From Chloroflexaceae bacterium (GTDB lineage Bacteria > Chloroflexota > Chloroflexia > Chloroflexales > Chloroflexaceae): a stretch of 64,000 nt of DNA. A model generated the notes under the pieces. That model saw nothing but the letters and a program-made list of their open reading frames with translations, did no database searches and was not told where the DNA came from. The stretch lies in contig JANWYD010000016.1 in the NCBI GenBank assembly GCA_025057155.1, forward strand, positions 54,056 through 118,055, in the 5' to 3' direction. The position numbers were made by a program, and so were the translations under genes. This document shows, one piece after another, positions 39,297 to 46,736 of the stretch (the first letter of the stretch is position 1; each line of letters begins with the position of its first letter).

Positions 39297-39635
39297 CGCC
39301 AGACCCGGTGATGGGAAGCATCTAAACGCACGCTCGAAACGCTGCCCGCAGCGGGCGAGGCTGACCCATAGCTCGACCTGCCACGCCGAGCAGCCAGGGC
39401 AGCTTTGATCGTGCTATCATACATTCTGTGTGCGTGCATGGATTAGAGCGGGGGGCTGGCCCTCACAGGAACATACGCAGCCAGACGGACCGCAGAATAC
39501 GCAGAGAAATGCACGGGCATGGGCGTTTTGAATCTCTCCGCGCCCCTCCGCGGTCCGTACCCATCCGGCGAACATAAACACGATCTCAGGCGAACCTCCT
39601 TCGGTGCTGCGCAAGCAGCCAACGAGCGTCCGATT

Positions 39636-40517
39636 ATGGATTCCGACCTTGCTGCTCCCCTCCTCGAAGCGCAAAGCACGTATCCTGCGAGGGTGATGGA
39701 TCTGACCTGGCTCAACATTGCCGATCTGCGTTCGGCCTTTGGCGTTACTGCGACGATGCCGCTCTCCGGGCTGGCCGACTTGCTCTTCCACCTCCCCGCG
39801 CGCAACTTCGCCCATCAGGTGCTGGCCCTCGATGCGCTGGTCGGGCGCGAGGGGCTGCGCGCCGGCGGGGCGTGGATCTGCGGGCAACTCAGCCGGGGGG
39901 TGGAGATCTGGGGAGCGCCTCCGCCCGCTACGGGACCAGCGCTGATCGTTGCCAATCACCCTGGATTGCTCGACGCTGCCGCACTCTTTGCCAGCATCCC
40001 CCGCGAGGATCTGCGCGTGCTGGCGATTACGCGCCCCTTTCTGCGCGCTCTGCCCCATATCGCCGGGCGGTTGTTTGCCGTGGGCGACGCCCCTGCCGCA
40101 CGCATGGCCACGGCGCGCCGGGCGGCCCGGCATCTGCGCGCCGGGGGCGCGCTGCTTGTCTTCCCCGCCGGGCGGATCGAACCCGACCCCCTGAGCCTCC
40201 CCGGCGCCGAAGATTCGGTGGCGAGCTGGTCGCAGGGGATTGACCAGATCGTTCAACTCGCCGGCGCGGTGACAGTGGTTCCCGCCATCGTGGCCGGCGT
40301 GCTGACGCCAGCGGCCGTGAAGCATCCCCTCACGCGCCTGCGCCAGCACCCGGATGATCGTCGCTGGCTGGCGGCCATCCTGCAACTGATGCTTCCCTGG
40401 CTCCAGCATACCACTGTACAGGTGCGTTTCGGGCGGCCCATCGCAGCGACAGGCGCCCCGGTAAGCGCCGCTGTTGCCGCCGAGGCGCGCCGCCTGATCC
40501 GGGAGGTGGCCCGGTGA
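39636..40517 (+). CDS. PlsC-type lysophospholipid acyltransferase
   Basis: NHPGLLD (NHxxxxD) and FPAGR (the FPEG-like block). The start is uncertain; the track ORF begins at 39519. Confidence 0.65.
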   Translation: MDSDLAAPLLEAQSTYPARVMDLTWLNIADLRSAFGVTATMPLSGLADLLFHLPARNFAHQVLALDALVGREGLRAGGAWICGQLSRGVEIWGAPPPATGPALIVANHPGLLDAAALFASIPREDLRVLAITRPFLRALPHIAGRLFAVGDAPAARMATARRAARHLRAGGALLVFPAGRIEPDPLSLPGAEDSVASWSQGIDQIVQLAGAVTVVPAIVAGVLTPAAVKHPLTRLRQHPDDRRWLAAILQLMLPWLQHTTVQVRFGRPIAATGAPVSAAVAAEARRLIREVAR

Positions 40518-41791
40518 TGCGTACCCCGTCCGTTCCTTCCAACCACCGCTCGCCGCTGACCATCCTGTTCATCTGCGTCTTTGTGGACATGATCGGCTAC
40601 GGGATGGTCGTCCCGCTTCTGCCGTTCCTGGCGCCGGAAGGGTCGGCGCGGGCGCTGCTGGTGGGCCTGCTGAGTTCGCTCTACGCGCTGCTCCAGTTCC
40701 TGGCGGCGCCGGTGCTAGGCGCGTTGTCCGACCGGGTGGGCCGGCGGCCAGTGCTGATCGGCGCAGTCCTGGCCTCGAGCGCGGCCTACAGTGTATTGAG
40801 CCTGGGGGCCAGCATCGGCGCGTTGCCGCTGGTCTTTCTGGCGGTGGCCCTCGGCGGCGCGGCAGGGGCCAGCATCCCCACGGCGCAGGCCTGCATCGCC
40901 GACCGGCTGCCGCCTGCCGAGCGCGCCCGCGGCCTGGGGCTGATCGGCGCGGCCTTCGGGCTGGGCCTGATGCTCGGCCCGGCCTCGGGCGGCCTGCTGA
41001 GCGTCTACGGGCTGGGCGTGCCGCCGCTGCTGGCGGCGACCCTGGCGCTGCTCAACGGCCTGTTCGCCCTGCGCGCCTTGCCCGAGTCGCTGCCGCCGGA
41101 GCGCCGCGCGCCGACGCCGCTGCGTCCGGCGGGGGCAGCGCGGCAACTCGGCGCGGCCTTCGCCCTTCGCGACGCGCGTCCGCTACTGGTGGCGATCTTC
41201 CTGCTTAATATGGCCTTCGCCGGCTTGCAGAGCAACGCGCCCCTGTTTACCAGCACTCGCTTCGGCTGGGGGCCGCTGGAGAACGGCGCCTTCTTCGCCT
41301 TTATCGGCGCCTGCGCGGTGCTCACCCAGGGCGTGATCCTCGGGCGGCTGCTGTCGCACCTGGCCGAAGCCCGGCTGGTGAGCGGCGGCCTGGGGCTGAT
41401 GGCGCTGACCCTCGGCGGCGCGGCCCTGGCCCCGGCAGGCTGGATGCTCTACCCCCTGGTCGGGGCGATGGCCCTGGGCATCGGCCTGGCGGCGCCCTCG
41501 ATCACCAGCCTGGTCTCGCGGCTGGCCGGCGAGGGGCGCCAGGGCGCGGTGATGGGGGGCATGCAGGCCGTGCTGAGCCTGACGCTCATCCTGGGGCCGG
41601 CCCTGGCCGGGGTGCTGTTCGACACCTTCGGGCCAGGCGCGCCCTACCTCGGCGGGGGGACGCTGGCCCTGGGGGCGCTGGGGGCGGCCCTGGTCGGGCT
41701 GGCCCCGGCAGGGCGCGCCGCGCCCGCCGCGGCAGACGAGTGCGATTCTGGATTTCGGATTTTGGATTTTGGATTTTTGGCGCCCCGATGA
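40514..41791 (+). CDS. MFS transporter (12 TM, Tet/TCR-like)
   Basis: LSDRVGRRPVL (MFS motif A). The start overlaps the acyltransferase stop (GTGATG). The last ~15 codons are encoded by the octamer repeat. Confidence 0.85.
   Translation: MMRTPSVPSNHRSPLTILFICVFVDMIGYGMVVPLLPFLAPEGSARALLVGLLSSLYALLQFLAAPVLGALSDRVGRRPVLIGAVLASSAAYSVLSLGASIGALPLVFLAVALGGAAGASIPTAQACIADRLPPAERARGLGLIGAAFGLGLMLGPASGGLLSVYGLGVPPLLAATLALLNGLFALRALPESLPPERRAPTPLRPAGAARQLGAAFALRDARPLLVAIFLLNMAFAGLQSNAPLFTSTRFGWGPLENGAFFAFIGACAVLTQGVILGRLLSHLAEARLVSGGLGLMALTLGGAALAPAGWMLYPLVGAMALGIGLAAPSITSLVSRLAGEGRQGAVMGGMQAVLSLTLILGPALAGVLFDTFGPGAPYLGGGTLALGALGAALVGLAPAGRAAPAAADECDSGFRILDFGFLAPR
41742..41780 (+). repeat. GATTTTGG-type octamer repeat within the 3' end of the MFS gene
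   Basis: gcgattctggatttcggattttggattttggatttttgg translates as DSGFRILDFGFL. Confidence 0.85.
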
Positions 41792-41888
41792 GATATGGCG
41801 TGATGCGCGCAGGGTCATGAACAGAAATTGGCATGACTGGTAGCGGCACACGCGAGTAGACCACGGTCCCCCATCCCTCCGTCACGGT

Positions 41889-41923
41889 CAATCCGCAATC
41901 CAAAATCTAAAATCCAAAAATCC
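41889..41923 (-). repeat. octamer repeat in inverted orientation in the ribA 5' region
   Basis: The sequence is caatccgcaatccaaaatctaaaatccaaaaatcc. Confidence 0.85.
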
Positions 41924-41961
41924 ATAGCGCGGAGCGCCGCTCCGCCTGGAGGATGGTTCCG

Positions 41962-42561
41962 ATGATCAGCTTCGAACGGCCGCCGGTGCAGCGCGTGGCC
42001 AGCGCCAGGCTGCCAACCGTGTATGGCGAATATGCGATGCACGTCTACAGCGACGCCGACGGGCGCGAGCACGTCGCGCTCACCGTCGGCGAGGTGGCCG
42101 ATGGACGGCCCGTGCTCACTCGCCTGCACTCGGAGTGCCTCACTGGCGACGTGTTTGCCTCGCTGCGCTGCGACTGCGGCGAGCAACTGGCCTGGACGCT
42201 GGCCCATCTCCAGGAGGCAGGGCGCGGGGCGCTGCTCTACTTGCGGCAGGAGGGCCGGGGGATCGGGCTGGCCAACAAGATCCGCGCCTACGCCCTGCAG
42301 GAGCAGGGCCTCGATACGGTAGACGCCAACCTGGCCCTGGGCTTGCCCGCCGACCGGCGCGACTACCGCCTAGCGGCGGAGATGCTGCGCGACCTGGGCA
42401 TTACCAGTGTGGCGCTGCTAACCAACAACCCGCAGAAGATCCGCGGACTCGAAGGCTACGGCATCCTGGTGCTGGAGCGCCTGCCGGTGCCGGCGACGCC
42501 CAATTGCCATAACCAGTTCTACCTGGAGACCAAGCGCCGGCGGATGGGGCACCTGGAGTGA
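41962..42561 (+). CDS. ribA: GTP cyclohydrolase II
   Basis: RLHSECLTGDVFASLRCDCGEQL and YLRQEGRGIGLANKIRAYALQ. The ATG at 41962 is 8 nt after GGAGGA. The track ORF starts at 41953. Confidence 0.93.
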   Translation: MISFERPPVQRVASARLPTVYGEYAMHVYSDADGREHVALTVGEVADGRPVLTRLHSECLTGDVFASLRCDCGEQLAWTLAHLQEAGRGALLYLRQEGRGIGLANKIRAYALQEQGLDTVDANLALGLPADRRDYRLAAEMLRDLGITSVALLTNNPQKIRGLEGYGILVLERLPVPATPNCHNQFYLETKRRRMGHLE

Positions 42562-42562
42562 G

Positions 42563-42607
42563 GCGATTTTGGATTTTGGATTTTGGATTTTGGATTTTGG
42601 ATTGCGG
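42563..42607 (+). repeat. octamer repeat (GATTTTGG x4 plus flanks) starting 2 nt after the ribA stop
   Basis: The sequence is gcgattttggattttggattttggattttggattgcgg. Confidence 0.9.
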
Positions 42608-42608
42608 G

Positions 42609-42920
42609 TTATACGGTTGGACTCAACAAGTTGTCATCCTCAAACTCTTCGTCACCGCACACGATGGTGATGTCCGGATAAGTGTATAACCCGGTCCGAG
42701 CCGATTTGACGCGCATATCGCTCGGGTAGACCACGCCGTCGCGCTGGCGCAGTTGAGCATAGAGCGCGGCATAGGCGCTGCCGGCAATGCGATTGTGGCG
42801 CTTGCTGCCGCCAGCCGTGGCGTAGATCTTCCCGGCGAGATACTCGCGCCTCTCTTCGCCGGCCCGCTCGAGGTCCAGATACTCCGCGGGCGTCAGGTGG
42901 GGCGCCGGTTGTGCGGTCAT
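42609..42920 (-). pseudogene. Uma2 (DUF820) family endonuclease, C-terminally truncated
   Basis: The N-terminal half matches the Uma2 pattern (TPAEYLDLE...EYLAGKIYATAGGSKRHNRIAG...YPDITIVCG). It stops at LLSPTV, exactly where the octamer repeat begins. Confidence 0.65.
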
Positions 42921-43002
42921 TGCAACTTCCCCGCTTCGAGAAAACGCCGGTTTGTTCTATGCTACGGTAGGTAGGCATTGAGTTCCTGCTCGCGCTCAGG
43001 CG

Positions 43003-43321
43003 TCATACCAGTATGCCTTCCCGTCTGGCGTTGCGATAGAGTTGAAGGCTGCCGCGCTCGAATTCATCGGCGAGAACAGGCCTGGCGGAAATGAGACGCT
43101 CAGATTCTAACTGGATGGGGTAGAGCACCTCCTATAACTCGGCGAAGTTCCGAAAAATAGTCGAAGGGATCGCCAAGCAGAACAAGCAGATCAATGTCGC
43201 TCATGGCGTCTGCCTGCTGACGGGCCACTGACCCATACAGCACCAGTCCTTTGAACCGCGGGCCATAATGGCTCTCCAGAGCCGCCTTACACTTGCCTAC
43301 CACTTCAGGTATTGTTGCCAT
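43003..43321 (-). pseudogene. MNT-type nucleotidyltransferase antitoxin with a +1 frameshift
   Basis: The track ORF (43100-43321) carries GSVARQQA..SDIDLLVL. The expected C-terminus EVLYPIQLESERLISARPVLADEFERGSLQLYRNARREGILV continues in another frame down to a TGA at 43003-43005. Confidence 0.65.
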
Positions 43322-43370
43322 GCAAACACCATCTACGCTTTGCGGACGAACCGGCCTTGCAATAACTTAT

Positions 43371-43506
43371 GATATAGCAGTCCTACGCCATCTCTAAACA
43401 GCGGCCGTGCATAAGGACGCAGCGCGCTGCGTCCTTGCAGCGCGCTGCGTCTCGACGGGTACGTCTGATACTCCGGGCTTTACAACCTGAAGAGGACTGC
43501 TATATC
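43371..43506. repeat. 136-bp unit bounded by a 14-bp perfect inverted repeat, with an internal 20-bp perfect palindrome
   Basis: The outer arms are gatatagcagtcct and aggactgctatatc. The core is ggacgcagcgcgctgcgtcc, followed by a partial repeat cagcgcgctgcgtc. Confidence 0.75.
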
Positions 43507-43627
43507 GCGCAAAGTTGCAGGACGGCGTCGCGCTTCGCCTGTCGCCTCAGACATCATTATGCCTGATCCGGCCTCGCGGGGCAACGGACCCGGCGCGCCT
43601 GCCCCTGCCGGCCGGCGGGGGCGCCGC

Positions 43628-44665
43628 TCAGGCGCGCAGATCGGCGAAGTAAAGATCCCAGAAGGGGTCCTCGCCCGGTTCGTCGAGCACGACGGTCGCG
43701 CCGTTGCGGCGCACGCTGCTCCGCCCCAGACTGCGGTCAAAATAGCCCAGTTCGTAGCTCTCGATGCCCGCGGCGCGCCAGGCGTCGCGAACGCGCGGCA
43801 CGCTGGAGGGTTCCACCGCCGCCAGCAGCGTGCCCTCGCTGATCGCCTGCCAGGGGTCGAACGCCAGGGCCCGGGCCAGTTCGCGGATGTCCGCCGGAAC
43901 TTCGATGGCATCGAGGTCAATGGCCACAGGGATGCCCGCCGCGTCGGCCATCTCGTAGGCGCCCCCCAGCACGCCGCTCTCGGTGGCGTCGTGCATGGCG
44001 TGGACGCCGCCGCAGGCGAAGGCGATCAGGGCGTCGTTGACCACAGTGATCTGCTCGACGCGCTGGCGCAGCCGGGCAAGCTGCTCCTCGGCGATCTGTC
44101 CTTTGAGGCGGTCCTGGTACACAATGGCGAGCAGCGCCGCCGCCTCGACCCCCGGCCCCTTGGTCATGAGCAACCGGTCGCCGTCCCGCGCGCCGCCGGG
44201 CGAAATCCAGGCGTCGCGTTCGGCGAAGCCCCAGACGGTCACGCCGCCGATGGTGGGGATGGTCACGGCGTCGTACCAGCCGGTGTGCCCGCCGACGATG
44301 CTGATGCCCAGCTCGAGGGCCGTATCAGCGATGGAGGTGATGATGGTCTGCGCGTCGCTTTCGGGGCCGGCAGTGGGCAGGAGCAGGGTGTAGGTCATGT
44401 AGCGCGGCTGCACGCCGGTGACGGCGACGTCGCTGGCCCCGATGTGGACGGTGAACCAGCCCATAATTTCCAGCGGCAGGCCGATGGCGGGGAAGATCGG
44501 ATCTTCGGCGACGGCCATGACCCGGCCGTCGGGGAGTTCGAGCACGGCAGCGTCGAAGCCCGGGCCGGGGGGCACGAGCAGGTGGGGCGCGGGCGCGCCG
44601 AGGCGCCCGCTGAGGAGGGCCTTCAGACGGCCCGGCGAAGGCTTGCCGATGCGGCGGTCACTCAT
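43628..44665 (-). CDS. AIR synthase-related (PurM/ThiL/HypE-fold) protein
   Basis: Two-domain PurM-like pattern (DAAVL...EDPIF, GGHTG, HDATESG). The ATG at 44665 overlaps the upstream stop (ATGAGTGA). Confidence 0.7.
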   Translation of the reverse strand: MSDRRIGKPSPGRLKALLSGRLGAPAPHLLVPPGPGFDAAVLELPDGRVMAVAEDPIFPAIGLPLEIMGWFTVHIGASDVAVTGVQPRYMTYTLLLPTAGPESDAQTIITSIADTALELGISIVGGHTGWYDAVTIPTIGGVTVWGFAERDAWISPGGARDGDRLLMTKGPGVEAAALLAIVYQDRLKGQIAEEQLARLRQRVEQITVVNDALIAFACGGVHAMHDATESGVLGGAYEMADAAGIPVAIDLDAIEVPADIRELARALAFDPWQAISEGTLLAAVEPSSVPRVRDAWRAAGIESYELGYFDRSLGRSSVRRNGATVVLDEPGEDPFWDLYFADLRA

Positions 44666-44972
44666 GGGCCACCTTCCTTCCCAGCACGGCCTCGACATCC
44701 TGGACCTTCCCCTGGAGGCGGTCGGCGGCCCCGGCGCGATCGTCGAGCGTAATGTGGGTCAGGACGCGGGGCGCCAGGGTGCGCATGTGCCGGTGGCAGG
44801 CCATGATCACCTCCATCACCTGCTCCGGCTCGCCTTCGAGGGTGGTCTGCATGGCTCCCATGGCGTAGCGCACGCCGGAAGCCTCGATGATCGGCGCCAG
44901 GGAGGCAATGTACTCTTTCAGTTCTTCGCCCACTCCCAGGGGCACGATGGAAAAACTGGCGAGCATGATCAA
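44658..44972 (-). CDS. MTH1187/YkoF-like thiamine-binding (UPF0045) family protein
   Basis: MLASFSIVPLGVGEELKEYIA...G..Y..G.M.T.LEGE, a 104-aa protein. Confidence 0.7.
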   Translation of the reverse strand: MIMLASFSIVPLGVGEELKEYIASLAPIIEASGVRYAMGAMQTTLEGEPEQVMEVIMACHRHMRTLAPRVLTHITLDDRAGAADRLQGKVQDVEAVLGRKVAHE

Positions 44973-45087
44973 CCTCCTTGCTGCGACCAGGGCATTTTCC
45001 TTATCCCAACGCGCTGACGACCCTCATCCCCCGTGCTACTCTCCCGGACGCGCTGTGCATCATCCACAGCCTGTAGCCCGGCGGCTG

Positions 45088-45203
45088 ATGAAGATTCAGA
45101 ATATAAACCGGTATTCGCCCTGTGGCCCGGCGGCTGAAGCCGCGGGCTGCCGATGCGAAGCCCGCCTGCGCGGGCTGTATCGGATTTATTCTTGATGATT
45201 CAT
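45088..45203 (+). repeat. Family-3 MITE-like element
   Basis: The ends are atgaagattcagaatataaaccggtattcgccctgtggcccggcggctgaagccgcgggct and cggatttattcttgatgattcat. Confidence 0.85.
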
Positions 45204-45227
45204 AAATAGTCTGCAAAGTCCCGACGT

Positions 45228-45341
45228 TGCCCCCCCTCCCAGCCTCCCCCCGTTGGGGGGAGGCGCCGGGCGCCCTCCCCCAGCGGGGGAGGGTTGGGGA
45301 GGGGGTGGGAGTTCAGCGAAAGACTTTGTTTACAGACTAAT
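45228..45341 (-). repeat. Family-2 element (reverse orientation)
   Basis: The hairpins cctcccccc gttg gggggagg and ccctccccc agcg ggggaggg are followed by cgaaagactttgtttacagactaat. Confidence 0.75.
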
Positions 45342-45796
45342 AAATCGCGCCTGTACGGGCTGAATCCGTTCGCCAGCGCGGACGGCAGCGTCCACCTGCG
45401 TGGAGGCCAGGCGATTCGCCCGCCAGAGGCGACCTCAGCTTCGTAACTGAGCGTCCTGATGCCCCCAACGGACTATCTGAGTCCATGGATGCGCCACAAA
45501 ACCCTGCTCCTGAGAGGGGTCAGGCACGAAGCAGATTGACGCGCGACAGGATAAAACAGTCATTATTATGCACGATCGAGGGTCAGGATGCAATGCGCCC
45601 GAGGCGGGCGCGGGCGCCGCCAGCGGGAGCGGGGCTGGTATTGACAGCGTGAGAGCCGGCATCTCGCGCCGCCTGCGCCCTTCGATGGGGTGAGGGGAGG
45701 AACGCGCCCTGTGGGGGATCGTGCTGATGGGCGGGATGAATGAGGGGAAATATCAAAATGGTTGCCACGATGAATTTCACGTGAAGGGAACGACTG

Positions 45797-45912
45797 ATGA
45801 AGATTAAGAATATAAACCGGTATTCGCCCTGTGGCCCGGCGGCTGAAGCCGCGGGCTGCCGATGCGAAGCCCGCCTGCGCGAGCTATGCCGGATTTAATT
45901 CTTCATCTTCAT
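45797..45912 (+). repeat. Family-3 MITE-like element
   Basis: Nearly identical to 45088-45203 over the first ~75 nt. The TIRs are gaagattaagaatataaaccgg and ccggatttaattcttcatcttc. Confidence 0.85.
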
Positions 45913-46168
45913 AAGTCGTTACAACGACACCTCCCCCATCCGCCAATGCGCCGCCCGGGGAAGGGCCGCCTATGGTTAAGAAATAAAGCCGGTATAGCCC
46001 GCGCAGGTCGTTATCATGCCCCGGCTCCGAGGAATCTCAAGACGAGCCGCTGCAAAATCTCTTCTATTTGTAATTTGCCATGGGCCTTCGGAATATGCTA
46101 TATCTTCATTGCGGCCGCGTTCATAGCAGTGATTCCGGAATGGTGCAGCCTTCCCGGCTCCTCCCCCT

Positions 46169-46338
46169 CTCAGGCGCAGGGTTTTTTGGGCGAGCAGGAG
46201 TTTTCGGCATTCCAATGCGCTTACGGTCCTCACACCCTGCCCCCCTCTCCCTGAGCGGGAGAGGGGGGAGTTAGGCGTCCCGATGCCCTGGATGGAGCAT
46301 GCGACGCGAGGATGTGCCGGGAAACCTTACACCTGAGA
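46169..46338 (-). repeat. Family-1 element, copy D
   Basis: The left end is ctcaggcgcagggttttttgggcgagcagg, the stem cccccctctccc tgagc gggagagggggg, and the right end gggaaaccttacacctgaga. Confidence 0.85.
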
Positions 46339-46399
46339 AGGCCCCTCTCCGCGGGCCGGGGCGTGGGACAACCCGGTTTCCCCACACCCCCCACGGCGC

Positions 46400-46723
46400 G
46401 GTGGCGCGGGTGTAACGAAACGTTCTGCACGTGCCACGGCCCACCGGCCCGCCGGGAGCCCGAAGGCTCCGGCTTGCCTTGCGAAGGCCGCCTCCGTAGC
46501 CTGCTGAAGCCGGCGCAGGCTTCGCCGTGAGCCCTGGCCTGAGCCGGGACGAAGGCTTAGCTGAACGGCCGGCTTCGCAGGACGTTCGCCCGCGGCCGAT
46601 GAAGATGACGCATTACATGCGGTAGAGCCCGCGCAGGCGGGCTTCGCATCGCTAGCCCGCGGCTTCAGCCGCCGGGCGAAGGGGAACGTGCAGAACGTTT
46701 CGTCACACCCCAGCGGCGCCACC
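46400..46723. repeat. ~325-bp unit bounded by ~35-bp imperfect inverted repeats, with a reversed family-3 core inside
   Basis: The left arm is ggtggcgcgggtgtaacgaaacgttctgcacg. The right arm is cgtgcagaacgtttcgtcacaccccagcggcgccacc. Confidence 0.7.
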
Positions 46724-46736
46724 AGGGAGCGGCAGT

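Noticed and set aside
41792-41961. An FMN riboswitch upstream of ribA.
   Set aside because: No RFN conserved segments are visible. The spacer is occupied by the octamer-repeat inverted pair.
44973-45090. A TPP riboswitch upstream of the MTH1187/YkoF-like thiamine-binding gene.
   Set aside because: The minus-strand leader has ...cagcgcgttgggataagg..., which vaguely resembles the 3' part of the THI element. But I could not find the CUGAGA / ACCCUUUGAACCUGAUC core. The same ...atcccaacgcgctgac... string recurs at 12165 with no gene downstream, so it is a repeat.
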